From Candidatus Aminicenantes bacterium (lineage in GTDB: Bacteria > Acidobacteriota > Aminicenantia > Aminicenantales > Aminicenantaceae): a stretch of DNA of 56,238 nt. The notes beneath the pieces were generated by a model that was given only the letters and a program-made list of their open reading frames with translations, searched no databases and was not told the DNA's origin. Below are positions 35,713 through 45,463 of the stretch, in pieces. Each line of letters opens with the position of its first letter. Within the stretch, counting starts at the first letter, position 1. Made by a program: the position numbers and the translations under genes. The DNA lies in NCBI GenBank assembly GCA_030669305.1, contig DAOVDU010000003.1, positions 1 through 56,238 on the forward strand, given 5' to 3'.

Positions 35713-36294
35713 ATGAAAAGGAGAATGGATATGAAAAAAATATTAATTTCAGCCTTTATTTTGGTATTTTCCCTTGTGTTTGTTTCTAGTGCATATGGAC
35801 AGGGAGGCTTTTATCTTGGTCTTCAGGGAGGATTATCTGCTCAGAAACCCAGCCTCACCGATATCGAGTTCAATACCAATACAACCTTTCTTTATGGGGC
35901 TCGAGCCGGAATAAAATTCATGATGCTTGCTCTTGAAGTAAACTACTTCCAGGCCGCCCACGACATTGACCTCAAAGAGTTCCCGACTTTTGATTGGGCA
36001 GATCGCGAAATTGATTACAATTACTTAGGTTTAAACTTGAAGTATTTTTTTCCTCTCTCTTTCTTGAATCCTTATATCACTGCAGGTTATGGCTACTATA
36101 CAGCAAGCATTCGTAATATCGATAAAGATACGGATCGAGGATTCAATTTTGGACTGGGGTTAGAATTACATTTAGGGAAAAAGTTTTCTCTTCTGGCTGA
36201 AGGAAAATATCATCATGTCAAACTTGATATTGAAGAAAGAGATTTGAAGATTGGTGATTTTACCTTCAGCGGCGGGTTTAATATTTATTTTTAA
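35713..36294 (+). CDS. Outer-membrane beta-barrel (OmpA-like transmembrane domain) protein
   Basis: Signal peptide, alternating amphipathic strands (PYITAGYGY, GFNFGLGLEL, LLAEGKYH), terminal Phe (FNIYF). Confidence 0.8.
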   Translation: MKRRMDMKKILISAFILVFSLVFVSSAYGQGGFYLGLQGGLSAQKPSLTDIEFNTNTTFLYGARAGIKFMMLALEVNYFQAAHDIDLKEFPTFDWADREIDYNYLGLNLKYFFPLSFLNPYITAGYGYYTASIRNIDKDTDRGFNFGLGLELHLGKKFSLLAEGKYHHVKLDIEERDLKIGDFTFSGGFNIYF

Positions 36295-36307
36295 TATTAT
36301 TATACAA

Positions 36308-36380
36308 AAAACGTAAAACGACAAACGCAAAACGATTATCTAATATTTTTTTTATACTTCTTACGTTTTACGTTTGACGT
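36308..36380. repeat. Inverted AAACGTA/TTTACGT heptamer arrays
   Basis: AAAACGTAAAACGACAAACGCAAAACG ... CTTACGTTTTACGTTTGACGT. Confidence 0.7.
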
Positions 36381-36418
36381 CTTGCGGAATCAGGTTTAAC
36401 ATTTGGATTTTTATAACA

Positions 36419-37525
36419 ATGGGAAAATGTGTCAACTGCGGAAAGGAAAACAGGCTGATCTCTGAATTTTTGGGCCTATGTCGGGAGTGTATCCTCATGG
36501 ATTTCCAGAGTGTTGAGCCCCATATCCATAGGGTTCATCAGGTTTCGCGGGAACCTTTTGATTTGCCGCCAGCACCTCCTAAAGAAGAAAGGGGAATTAC
36601 ATGCAAATATTGTTTTAACCTTTGCCAGCTTGGAGAGGGAATGAAAGGATACTGCGGAGTAAGAGAAAATAGCAACGGTAAGAGAATTACTCCTTCTCCA
36701 GAGCAGGGGTATTTTTCCTGGCATTATGATCCTTTGCCTACGAATTGTGTGGCTGACTGGGTCTGTCCAGGGGGCACAGGGGCTGGCTATCCCCGTTATT
36801 CTTGTTCCAAAGGACCTGAATACGGGTTTAAAAATTTGGCTGTTTTCTACTATGGATGCACCTTCAACTGTCTTTTCTGCCAGAATTGGCATCACAAGGA
36901 GGACCTTAAGGCAAAGAAGTCTCAATCAGCTCATGACCTGGCTCAGGCTGTGGACGAAGAAACTTCATGCATCTGTTATTTTGGAGGAGATCCTTCTCCA
37001 CAGCTTCTTCACTCCATCCATGTTTCGCGCTTTGCTTTAGCTCAAAGAAAAAATAAATTATTAAGATTCTGCTGGGAAACCAACGGATCCATGAACAGCC
37101 GTTTATTAGAAGAAATCCTAGATCTTGCTTTAGAGAGCGGCGGATGTGTGAAGTTTGATCTAAAGACATTTAATCCTGGCATAAACATGGCTTTGTGCGG
37201 GCGGAGCAACGATCAAACCATGATGAATTTTGAACTTGCCGCAAAACGGATTAAAAAGCGAGAGGAGCCACCTATGATTATTGGCAGTACCCTCCTAGTT
37301 CCAGGATATGTTGAAAAAGAGGAGGTTTATCAAATAGCCAAATTTATAGCTTCCCTCGACCCTGAAATTCCATACGCTCTCCTAGGGTTTTATCCCCATT
37401 TTTATTTCAAAGATTTACCTTCAACGTCTCGCCTCCATGCATTTGAGTGCAAAGAGGCGGCGTTAGAAGCAGGCCTTAAAAGGGTCAAAATTGGAAATAT
37501 TCATCTGCTTGGCAAGGATTACTGA
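36419..37525 (+). CDS. Radical SAM protein (PflA/AmmeMemoRadiSam-like) with N-terminal Cys-rich zinc-ribbon motifs
   Basis: Likely start MGKCVNCG; DPLPTNC; CTFNCLFCQNW (CxxxCxxC); FGGDP, ETNG, KFDLK. Confidence 0.87.
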   Translation: MGKCVNCGKENRLISEFLGLCRECILMDFQSVEPHIHRVHQVSREPFDLPPAPPKEERGITCKYCFNLCQLGEGMKGYCGVRENSNGKRITPSPEQGYFSWHYDPLPTNCVADWVCPGGTGAGYPRYSCSKGPEYGFKNLAVFYYGCTFNCLFCQNWHHKEDLKAKKSQSAHDLAQAVDEETSCICYFGGDPSPQLLHSIHVSRFALAQRKNKLLRFCWETNGSMNSRLLEEILDLALESGGCVKFDLKTFNPGINMALCGRSNDQTMMNFELAAKRIKKREEPPMIIGSTLLVPGYVEKEEVYQIAKFIASLDPEIPYALLGFYPHFYFKDLPSTSRLHAFECKEAALEAGLKRVKIGNIHLLGKDY

Positions 37526-37527
37526 AA

Positions 37528-38253
37528 ATGCAACTCAGATTGAACAAATTCCTTTCTAAGGCTGGAATTACATCAAGAAGAGAGGCGGATAAAATGATTG
37601 CTGAAGGCAGGGTGAAAGTGAATGGCGAAGTCATCCAGATTCTTGGTTACAAGATAGATGATGAGGAGGATTGTGTTGATCTGGACGGAAAAAGAGTAAA
37701 GAGTGATAAAGGCTTGACCTATTTATTGTTGAACAAGCCATCTGGTTATCTTGTGACCCTTAAAGACCCTTTTAAAAGACCTACAATCATGAGTTTACTT
37801 CCCCAAATGAAGAGGCGGATTTTTCCTGTAGGAAGATTGGATTTTGACAGTGAAGGCCTACTGCTTTTAACAAATAATGGAGAACTGGCTTATCGCTTGA
37901 TGCATCCTCGCTATAAAGTCAGAAAAGAGTATCTTCTAACAGTAAAAGGGAAGCCTGATCCTTCCAGCCTCTCCAGTATTAAGAAAGGTATCTATCTGAA
38001 TGGTAAAAAGACAGCTCCTGCAAAAATCACTCAAATAGCTTCCAGCCAAAAAAGGAGTCATCTTAGAGTTGAGATCTGTGAAGGAAGAAAACGGGAGCTA
38101 AGAAGAATGTTCGAAGCCACAGGTTATAGAGTGATGAAACTTAAACGGATAAAATTTGCTGGCTTAACCCTGGGCAAGCTGAAAAAAGGAGAGTGGCGTT
38201 ATCTTACCCGAAAAGAAATAGATCTTCTCAGGAGAGAAGTCGGGCTGGGATAA
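37528..38253 (+). CDS. RsuA/RluB-family rRNA pseudouridine synthase
   Basis: S4 domain (RLNKFLSKAGITSRR.AD..I..GRV.VNG), LNKP.G, GRLDFDSEGLLLLT, EGRKRELRRM. Confidence 0.93.
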   Translation: MQLRLNKFLSKAGITSRREADKMIAEGRVKVNGEVIQILGYKIDDEEDCVDLDGKRVKSDKGLTYLLLNKPSGYLVTLKDPFKRPTIMSLLPQMKRRIFPVGRLDFDSEGLLLLTNNGELAYRLMHPRYKVRKEYLLTVKGKPDPSSLSSIKKGIYLNGKKTAPAKITQIASSQKRSHLRVEICEGRKRELRRMFEATGYRVMKLKRIKFAGLTLGKLKKGEWRYLTRKEIDLLRREVGLG

Positions 38254-38276
38254 AAGTCATCTCCCTCTTCTCCCAA

Positions 38277-38406
38277 TTAGTTGATGCAAAGGGTTCGAGG
38301 ATTCAAGTGTTTTTTTTGTAGCGATTTAGTAAGTGCTTTGAGCATCCTCTCAACCTCTCCTATTCCCTCCTGTGCAAACTTTTAATTCTTTGTAATTCTT
38401 AAGCAT
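38277..38406 (-). pseudogene. Internally deleted four-helix-bundle (23S rRNA IVS family) gene
   Basis: ATG at 38406 gives MLKNYKELKVC; a shifted frame gives GIGEVERMLKALTKSLQKKHLNP. These match the typical N- and C-termini of this family with the middle missing. Confidence 0.72.
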
Positions 38407-38659
38407 TTCACTCGAATCCCTGACCCCTTGACTCCTTGAATCCTTATGATCCTACCAACTCTTTTGGAGATGATCCATAATTAAATTACCTTTAACTTTC
38501 AACTTTAAACCTTAAACCAAATATGTATTGCCGCCCGATAGGGATTTGTCTTGCTAATTACTTAACGGTCTAAACAGACTAAACGGACCTAACGGACTAA
38601 ACTGATTGAATCATTGACTAAAATATACTGAGATGCAATAATATTTTTTAAGGTGCAAA

Positions 38660-40453
38660 TTGAGAGACTGCAAACATATTATTGTAATCTTTCTCATAAT
38701 TATTCTTTCTCTGTTTTTATGGAACTGCTCTTCCCATAAGAAGCTTTTAATTGAAATCCAAAAAGATCCTCCTTCTCCAGCATTAGAGGAGCATATTTCC
38801 CAGGAAGCTTTAACTGAGAAGGAACCTCCTCCTATTGAAGAAAAAAAAGAACAAAGCGATCAGGAACAGCTCCCTCAAGAAGCAGACATAACTCAAAAAG
38901 AGCAAGGCCCCTCTGAATTGCTCGAAGAAGCTCTGGATGCCTACCAAGATGCTCGTATTGCATGGGAAAGGGGAGATTTTGATACCTCTCTTGCAGCACT
39001 TGATGAAGCCTACAGCCTTATTCTGAAGCTGGAACTTCCCCAGGATTCATCCCTTATCCAAGCAAAAAACGATTTAAGGCTTCTCATCGCCCAGAGAATT
39101 CAAGAGATCTATGGTTCGCGCCTCATCACAGTCGGAGATAACCATCAGACTATTCCGCTCGTTGAAAACAAATATGTTCTGGCTGAGATTAAAAGTTTTC
39201 AGACAAAAGAAAAGAAAGATTTTGAAGAAGCCTATAAGCGCTCCGGCCGCTATAAAGAGATGATAAATGAAGAAATGAAAAAAGCAGGTCTTCCAGAAGA
39301 GCTTTCCTGGATGCCGATAATCGAAAGCGGGTTTAAAGTCAATGCTTATTCCCGCGCTCGAGCCCTTGGTCTCTGGCAGTTCATTTCATCTACAGGATAC
39401 CGCTTTGGATTAAAGAGGGATCGATGGATCGATGAAAGAATGGATCCAGTCAAAGCTACACAAGCAGCTATAAAGTACCTTAATGAGCTCCATTCCCTCT
39501 TTGGTGACTGGACAACTGCGCTGGCAGCTTATAACTGCGGAGAGTTTAGAGTTCAAAGGGTCATCCGCTTACAGCGAATAGAATATCTTGACAACTTCTG
39601 GGATCTGTATACCATGCTTCCAAAGGAAACAGCTCGGTTTGTTCCCAGGCTCATCGCCACCCTTCTCATTATTAACAACCCGGAAAAATATGGCTTCAAC
39701 CTTCCTTCTCCCGATCCTCCTCTAAGATATGAAACAATCAAAATCAATCGACCTATTAGGCTTTCTTCACTCTCAAAGAAACTGGGATTAGGATCTGAAG
39801 CTCTTGCCTCCCTAAATTCTGAACTCCGGTACAAAGCTACTCCTGAACATGAATACCTCCTCAAGATCCCAATTGGCTCTGGCGGAAAAGCGCTGGCTGC
39901 AGTAAATTCTATCTCCCGCTGGATTCCCCCTGAAGCTACTTATGTCTATCATTATGTTAGAAGGGGAGAGACGGTCTCAGGCATCGCAAAACGCTACAGA
40001 ACATCTGTCACAGCCATTGCCCAGTTAAACCGCCTTAGCCGGAATTATCTTATCAGGCCAGGACAAAGGCTTAAAGTTCCTGGCAGGGGGAGAAGTTATG
40101 TCTCAGCTCGTCCTTTTCAGCTTATCAAAGACGGGGAAAAACTCGTTTATATAGTTAGAAGAGGAGATTCTCTCTATCGAATCGCAAACAGTTTTAGCAC
40201 AACTGTTCAAAGAATAAAAAAAGAGAACAATCTTAGAAGCGATAATCTGAGTATCGGACAGAAGCTTGTGATTCAATCTGGAAGGCCTGAAGGGGCTACC
40301 TTATACACAGTGAAAACTGGCGATACACCTTTCGAGATCGCGAAAAAATATAGAATGAACCTCAATACTTTGCTCAATCTTAATGGTCTCCATTCAAGGT
40401 CAAAAATTTATCCTGGACAAAAGCTCTGGGTCACACCTAATGACAATAAGTAG
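38660..40453 (+). CDS. MltD-like lytic murein transglycosylase lipoprotein with three LysM domains
   Basis: Lipobox LWNC; IIESGF catalytic Glu, ARALGLWQF, AAYNCGE, ETARFVP; three VRRGE/VRRGD/VKTGD LysM repeats. Confidence 0.92.
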   Translation: MRDCKHIIVIFLIIILSLFLWNCSSHKKLLIEIQKDPPSPALEEHISQEALTEKEPPPIEEKKEQSDQEQLPQEADITQKEQGPSELLEEALDAYQDARIAWERGDFDTSLAALDEAYSLILKLELPQDSSLIQAKNDLRLLIAQRIQEIYGSRLITVGDNHQTIPLVENKYVLAEIKSFQTKEKKDFEEAYKRSGRYKEMINEEMKKAGLPEELSWMPIIESGFKVNAYSRARALGLWQFISSTGYRFGLKRDRWIDERMDPVKATQAAIKYLNELHSLFGDWTTALAAYNCGEFRVQRVIRLQRIEYLDNFWDLYTMLPKETARFVPRLIATLLIINNPEKYGFNLPSPDPPLRYETIKINRPIRLSSLSKKLGLGSEALASLNSELRYKATPEHEYLLKIPIGSGGKALAAVNSISRWIPPEATYVYHYVRRGETVSGIAKRYRTSVTAIAQLNRLSRNYLIRPGQRLKVPGRGRSYVSARPFQLIKDGEKLVYIVRRGDSLYRIANSFSTTVQRIKKENNLRSDNLSIGQKLVIQSGRPEGATLYTVKTGDTPFEIAKKYRMNLNTLLNLNGLHSRSKIYPGQKLWVTPNDNK

Positions 40454-40485
40454 TAAGCAGACTGCATTCTTCATTAATAACTCAA

Positions 40486-40680
40486 AACTCATATCTCAAA
40501 GCTCAAAACTTATTTCTGTTAACCAGTTACTCGGTTAGTCTGTTTGTCAGTTAACCGAATAACAGACAAACTGACTAACAGTTCTTTTTCTCGCATATTA
40601 TTTGTCTTGCCTGTCTTGCCTATATACATAAACCAAACAAACCAGATAAACGGAACAGACTTAATAGACCGAATAGACGG
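40486..40680. repeat. Composite intergenic repeat at the mltD/rplQ convergence
   Basis: CTCAAAA heptamers, GTTAGTC/TAACAGA inverted heptamers, TGTCTTGCC doublet, AAACCAGAT/AATAGACCG 9-mers. Confidence 0.85.
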
Positions 40681-40689
40681 ATTTGTGCT

Positions 40690-41115
40690 TTATTTCTTTG
40701 CCTTAGCTGTTTCTTTTACTTTCTCTTTAAGCTTTTTCTTCTTTTCCTTCTTCTTAAACTCTATATCGATAAGCTCCAGAATGGCCATCTCAGCTCCATC
40801 ACCTGAGCGAGGGCCGATTTTCACTATCCTTGTATATCCTCCAGGTCTTTCGCTAAATCGAGGGCCAATCTCACTAAAAAGCCTCTTCACCACTTCTTTT
40901 TTATAGATAAACCTTAAGGCCAAACGCCTAGTATGAATAGTGTCCTTTTTGGCTAAAGTAATCATTTTCTCAGCAAGAGGTCTAGCTGCCTTTGCCTTGG
41001 CCAGAGTTGTTCTAATGCGTTCTTTTTCCAGAAAGGATGTAACAAGATTACGAAGCAAAGCGCGCCTCTGTGAAGTGTTACGTCTTAGTTTCTTCCCCTT
41101 AACTAGATGTCTCAT
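40690..41115 (-). CDS. rplQ: 50S ribosomal protein L17
   Basis: MRHLVKGKKLRR...RPGGYTRIVK...R.GDGAEMAILEL. Confidence 0.98.
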   Translation of the reverse strand: MRHLVKGKKLRRNTSQRRALLRNLVTSFLEKERIRTTLAKAKAARPLAEKMITLAKKDTIHTRRLALRFIYKKEVVKRLFSEIGPRFSERPGGYTRIVKIGPRSGDGAEMAILELIDIEFKKKEKKKKLKEKVKETAKAKK

Positions 41116-42140
41116 ACTACGATCTCTTCCTCTTTTTCTTCCTTCTTATCGCCCTCAATTTTCTCTAATAATTTGGGGTGAAGATCCAAATTTAAGCCTA
41201 ATCCCAATTCCTGCAGAGTCTGTTTAATTTCCGTCAAAGATTTACGGCCGAAATTCTTTGTCTTCAGGAGTTCATCTTCTGTTTTCTGAACAAGTCCATG
41301 AATTTTATCGATTCCAGCTGACCTGAGACAGTTACTCGACCTGACAGAGAGCTCGAGATGGTCTATAGACTTAGAAAGAATATCTATCTGCGAAAAATGC
41401 GGAATCTCTTTTTTTACTGGGGCCTGCTCTCTTTCTGCTTGCTCATCAACAATGTTGAGGAATATAACAAGATGATCTCTCAATATTTTAGCTGCCTGAG
41501 CTAAAGCGTCTTGGGGCAAAACAGCGCCTGTTGTCCAAATTTCCAGCGAAAGATTTTCATAATCGATTCTTTTGCCCACTCTAGCAGGATCCACCTTGTA
41601 GTTCACCTTTACGACAGGTGAATGGGAAGAATCGATAGGGATAAAATCCACGCTCAAGTCTTCATCGAAATTCAGATCAGCAGAAATATATCCCCTGTTA
41701 TTCTTAACAATAATCTCCATATCTAATTTCCCATCTTTATCGAGGGAAGCAATATGAATTTCAGGATCAAGAATCTCAACATCTGAATCATGAACAATAT
41801 CAGACGCTCTGGCTTCAGCCGTTCCCTCTTTTTTTAGTGTTAGTATTTTTGGTTCATCTCCCTTAAGCTTCAGGGGGATACTCTTCAAATTCAGTATGAT
41901 ATCAGTCACATCCTCTACAATCCCTGGAATAGTTGAAAATTCGTGGAGAACATTTTGAATGCGAACATTTGTAATGGCTGCTCCGGTTATGGAAGAAAGA
42001 AGAATCCTCCGTAATGAGTTTCCAATAGTGATCCCGTATCCCCTCTCAAAAGGTTGGGCCGAAAACCTGGCGTATTTCTCCGTTAAAGTCTCATAATCAC
42101 ATTCTAGATACCTAGGCCTCTGAAAACCTGTTTCTATCAT
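41112..42140 (-). CDS. rpoA: RNA polymerase alpha subunit
   Basis: PFERGYGITIGNSLRRILLSS, LHEFSTIPG, LELSVRSSNCL, KNFGRKSL; start MIETGFQRP. Confidence 0.98.
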   Translation of the reverse strand: MIETGFQRPRYLECDYETLTEKYARFSAQPFERGYGITIGNSLRRILLSSITGAAITNVRIQNVLHEFSTIPGIVEDVTDIILNLKSIPLKLKGDEPKILTLKKEGTAEARASDIVHDSDVEILDPEIHIASLDKDGKLDMEIIVKNNRGYISADLNFDEDLSVDFIPIDSSHSPVVKVNYKVDPARVGKRIDYENLSLEIWTTGAVLPQDALAQAAKILRDHLVIFLNIVDEQAEREQAPVKKEIPHFSQIDILSKSIDHLELSVRSSNCLRSAGIDKIHGLVQKTEDELLKTKNFGRKSLTEIKQTLQELGLGLNLDLHPKLLEKIEGDKKEEKEEEIVV

Positions 42141-42234
42141 ACTTCCTCCTCTCCTCATTCCATTATTGTCATATCAAGCCGCCTGGCGGAAAAAATTCAA
42201 ATTTTCAATTCTCCACGTGATATCAGAGAGTAAT

Positions 42235-42861
42235 TTATTTCGAGTAGAGCTCAACAACTAAATGTTCTTCCACAGGAAAAGTAACATCTTCACGAGTAGG
42301 AAAAGAAAGAATATTTGTCTCCACCTTTTTCCGGTCGACTTCGAGCCATCCTGGGACAGTTTTATTCTTATTAAATTCCACGATAGCCTTCAATTCTTCA
42401 TGCTTTTTTGATTTATCCCGAAATGACAAAACATCCCCTTTATTCACTAACATAGATGGGATGGAAGCTTTCCTTCCGTTAATACGAAAATGACCATGAG
42501 TGATCAACTGCCGCGCATGAGCTCGAGAATGAGAGAATCCTATTAAAAAGACGACATTATCCAGCCTCCTTTCTAGCATGATTAAGAGATTCTCTCCTGT
42601 GACTCCTCTTTTTTGTAAAGCTCTTTTGAAGAACAACCGGAATTGTTTTTCAGACATACAATAGTATCTCTTTAACTTCTGTTTTTCCCTGAGCTGAATA
42701 CCATATCCCAGAATTCTTCTCCTTGCTCTTCCGTGCTCGCCAGGAGGATAGGGCCTCCGCTCCACAGAACATTTTTCAGTTAAACATTTACTTCCTTTTA
42801 GAAAAAGTTTTACTCTCTCTGTACGACAAATGCGACAAAGTGATTCTCTGGATCTTGACAT
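42235..42861 (-). CDS. rpsD: 30S ribosomal protein S4 (zinc-binding C+ form)
   Basis: CRICR...KC...KC, QLREKQKL, LERRLDNVV, VVELYSK. Confidence 0.98.
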   Translation of the reverse strand: MSRSRESLCRICRTERVKLFLKGSKCLTEKCSVERRPYPPGEHGRARRRILGYGIQLREKQKLKRYYCMSEKQFRLFFKRALQKRGVTGENLLIMLERRLDNVVFLIGFSHSRAHARQLITHGHFRINGRKASIPSMLVNKGDVLSFRDKSKKHEELKAIVEFNKNKTVPGWLEVDRKKVETNILSFPTREDVTFPVEEHLVVELYSK

Positions 42862-42885
42862 ACTTATCTCCTTATTAGCACATCT

Positions 42886-43278
42886 CTAAACTCTTCTTCT
42901 TTTTCGAACGCGACAGCCATTATGGGGAATTGGAGTAACGTCCCTAATGGATTTTATTTCCAACCCTTCTGCCTGAAGGGCTCGAATAGCTGACTCTCTT
43001 CCAGCACCAGGGCCTTTGATCTTAACATCTACATACCGTACCCCACTTTCTCTAGCCTTAGCTGAAGCCTCTTTGGCTGCCAGCTGAGCCGCAAAAGGTG
43101 TTCCCTTGCGAGCACCCTTAAATCCAGCAGTACCAGAGCTGGCCCAACAAATGGAGTTTCCCTCCTGATCTGTTATAGTAATGATTGTATTGTTAAATGT
43201 TGACCGAATATAAGCCACACCAAATCCAATATCCTTTTTTACTTTTTTTTTCTTTACCTTTCTTCTGGGTTTCGGCAT
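42886..43278 (-). CDS. rpsK: 30S ribosomal protein S11
   Basis: [31 protein letters not shown]. Confidence 0.98.
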   Translation of the reverse strand: MPKPRRKVKKKKVKKDIGFGVAYIRSTFNNTIITITDQEGNSICWASSGTAGFKGARKGTPFAAQLAAKEASAKARESGVRYVDVKIKGPGAGRESAIRALQAEGLEIKSIRDVTPIPHNGCRVRKRRRV

Positions 43279-43290
43279 TAATAACTCCCT

Positions 43291-43656
43291 CTATGTTTTC
43301 TTTATAGTATGTCCTCGAGGGCCTTTCCTCGTCCGGGCATTCGTTTTTGTCCTTTGACCTCTTACAGGTAATCTTCTTCTATGTCTAAGCCCCCTATAAG
43401 AGCTTATATCCATCAATCTTTTAATATTCAAGGTGGTTTCTTGTCTCAAGTCACCTTCTATCTTATCGCGTTTCTCAATGATTTGGCGGATTTTATTTAT
43501 CTCATCTTCGCTCAATGTTTTTACTTTTTTATCTCTATCGATTTCTGCCTCTTTAAGAATTTTGTTCGCTTTAGATCGGCCAATACCAAAAATGTAAGTT
43601 AACCCAATCTCAATCCTTTTTTCCGAAGGAAGAGTAATTCCTGCAATTCGTGCCAT
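43291..43656 (-). CDS. rpsM: 30S ribosomal protein S13
   Basis: [20 protein letters not shown]...[18 protein letters not shown]. Confidence 0.98.
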   Translation of the reverse strand: MARIAGITLPSEKRIEIGLTYIFGIGRSKANKILKEAEIDRDKKVKTLSEDEINKIRQIIEKRDKIEGDLRQETTLNIKRLMDISSYRGLRHRRRLPVRGQRTKTNARTRKGPRGHTIKKT

Positions 43657-43667
43657 TTTTACCTCAT

Positions 43668-43781
43668 TTAACCTTGTTTTTGTTTATGTCTTGGATTTGA
43701 GCATATAACTCTGAGAGTCCCTTTCCTTTTTATTATTCTACAATTCCTGCAGATTTTTTTTATGGATGCTCGGACTTTCAT
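43668..43781 (-). CDS. rpmJ: 50S ribosomal protein L36 (not in ORF track)
   Basis: Manual translation [37 protein letters not shown]. Confidence 0.97.
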   Translation of the reverse strand: MKVRASIKKICRNCRIIKRKGTLRVICSNPRHKQKQG

Positions 43782-43792
43782 TCGCTTTTCCT

Positions 43793-44011
43793 TTATTTGA
43801 ATCGATAAGTAATTCTTCCTTTTGTCAGATCATAAGGTGAAAGCTCGACTAACACCTTGTCTCCAGGAAGAATGCGGATAAAATGCTTCCGCATTCTTCC
43901 TGATATATGTGCTAAAATCCTGTGCTTATTTGCCAATTCAACACGAAACATGGCATTCGGGAGAGTTTCAAGAACAGTTCCTTCAGTCTCAAAAATATCC
44001 TGCTTAGGCAT
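43793..44011 (-). CDS. infA: Translation initiation factor IF-1
   Basis: [10 protein letters not shown]...ISGRMR...[25 protein letters not shown]. Confidence 0.98.
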   Translation of the reverse strand: MPKQDIFETEGTVLETLPNAMFRVELANKHRILAHISGRMRKHFIRILPGDKVLVELSPYDLTKGRITYRFK

Positions 44012-44795
44012 ACCGGGACTCCTTTAAAGATTGCAGGCTCTCTTTTTCATCTAATAAGCTTAAAATCTTAGTACCTTCTTGAGTCACCGCTGCTGTATGT
44101 TCGTAATGGGCTGATAGGCTTCTATCTTTGGTTACAGCTGTCCAGCTATCAGCTAGAATCTCTACATTCCAATCCCCCATGGCAATCATCGGTTCAATAG
44201 CTAGAACCATTCCTCGTTTTATCTTTGGCCCGCGTCCAGGTTGACCAAAATTTGGAACTTGGGGGTCTTCATGCAAGAAAAAGCCGACTCCATGTCCAAC
44301 AAATGATCTGATGACTGAGAACCCTTGAGATTCGACATAACTTTGAATGGCAAAAGATATATCTGATATCCTACACCCTTCTCTCATTTGTCCCAAACCT
44401 TTATAGAAGGCCTCTTTAGCAGTTTCAATAATTTTTTTTGCTTCCGATGTAACTTCTCCTACAGGATAGGTCACAGCTGCATCTCCATAATAGCCATCAC
44501 AGACGACACCAAAATCAAGGCTGATGATGTCACCTTCATGCAGAGCTCGCGAAGAGGGAATACCATGGACAATTTCCTCATTTATGGAAGTGCATAGAGA
44601 TGCGGGATAACCTCGATAGCCCTTAAACGCTGGGACAGCTCCCATCTCTCTGGCTCTTTTTTCTGCATACTCGTCCAATTTTTTCGTTTGCACTCCTGGT
44701 TTAATCATGGTTCTTAGCTCATCCAAAACTTTAGCCACAATTTGATTACTTCTCCTTATTGCACGAATCTCGTCTTCGTTCTTGTAAATAATCAT
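44004..44795 (-). CDS. map: Type I methionine aminopeptidase
   Basis: [16 protein letters not shown]...GYYGD, GHGVG..LHEDP, AIEPM, SAHYEHT. Confidence 0.97.
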   Translation of the reverse strand: MIIYKNEDEIRAIRRSNQIVAKVLDELRTMIKPGVQTKKLDEYAEKRAREMGAVPAFKGYRGYPASLCTSINEEIVHGIPSSRALHEGDIISLDFGVVCDGYYGDAAVTYPVGEVTSEAKKIIETAKEAFYKGLGQMREGCRISDISFAIQSYVESQGFSVIRSFVGHGVGFFLHEDPQVPNFGQPGRGPKIKRGMVLAIEPMIAMGDWNVEILADSWTAVTKDRSLSAHYEHTAAVTQEGTKILSLLDEKESLQSLKESRYA

Positions 44796-45463
44796 TTAGG
44801 AGCTTCTACCTCTATAAATCTATTGATCTTCTTATCTAGAATAGAACAAATATCGCTAAATATTGCCTCAATTTTTTTCTCACCATCTATTCTGAAATAT
44901 ACCTTTCTGTTCTGATAATAATCAACAAGCCCTTCTCTCTGTTCATGATAAACTCTCAGACGTTCTTCGATAACCTCAGGTTTATCGTCTTCTCTTAGAG
45001 TAAGTTTCTCCCTGCAAACATCGCATATTTCCTTTTTATTCGGAGTTCGAACAAAAAGATTGTATATTGCTCCACAGCTTGAACATATCAGCCTTGCTCC
45101 AAGTCTGTCAAATACAACTCGGTCACTTAAATATATCTCAATAGCAACCTCTGTATGTTCCTGGTTAATCTCCTCTAACTTCTTAGCCTGATGGATATTT
45201 CTAGGAAAACCATCTAAGATATAACCTTTTTTACAATCAGCTTTGGAAATCCTTTCCTTGATCACCTCGACAACTATATCATCATTTACCAACTCACCTC
45301 GTTTCATACTAGCTTCTGCCTTTTTGCCTGAAGGAGTTCTCTCTTGAACAGCCTGGCGAAGCATATCTCCAGAGGAAATTTTAGGGAAACCGTACTTTTT
45401 CTCGATAAGCTCCCCTTGGGTTCCCTTTCCGCTCCCAGGAGGACCAAGAAAGATGATTCTCAT
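44792..45463 (-). CDS. adk: Adenylate kinase with zinc LID
   Basis: GPPGSGKGTQ, ILDGFPR, CSSC...CDVC, REDD. Confidence 0.97.
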   Translation of the reverse strand: MRIIFLGPPGSGKGTQGELIEKKYGFPKISSGDMLRQAVQERTPSGKKAEASMKRGELVNDDIVVEVIKERISKADCKKGYILDGFPRNIHQAKKLEEINQEHTEVAIEIYLSDRVVFDRLGARLICSSCGAIYNLFVRTPNKKEICDVCREKLTLREDDKPEVIEERLRVYHEQREGLVDYYQNRKVYFRIDGEKKIEAIFSDICSILDKKINRFIEVEAPK

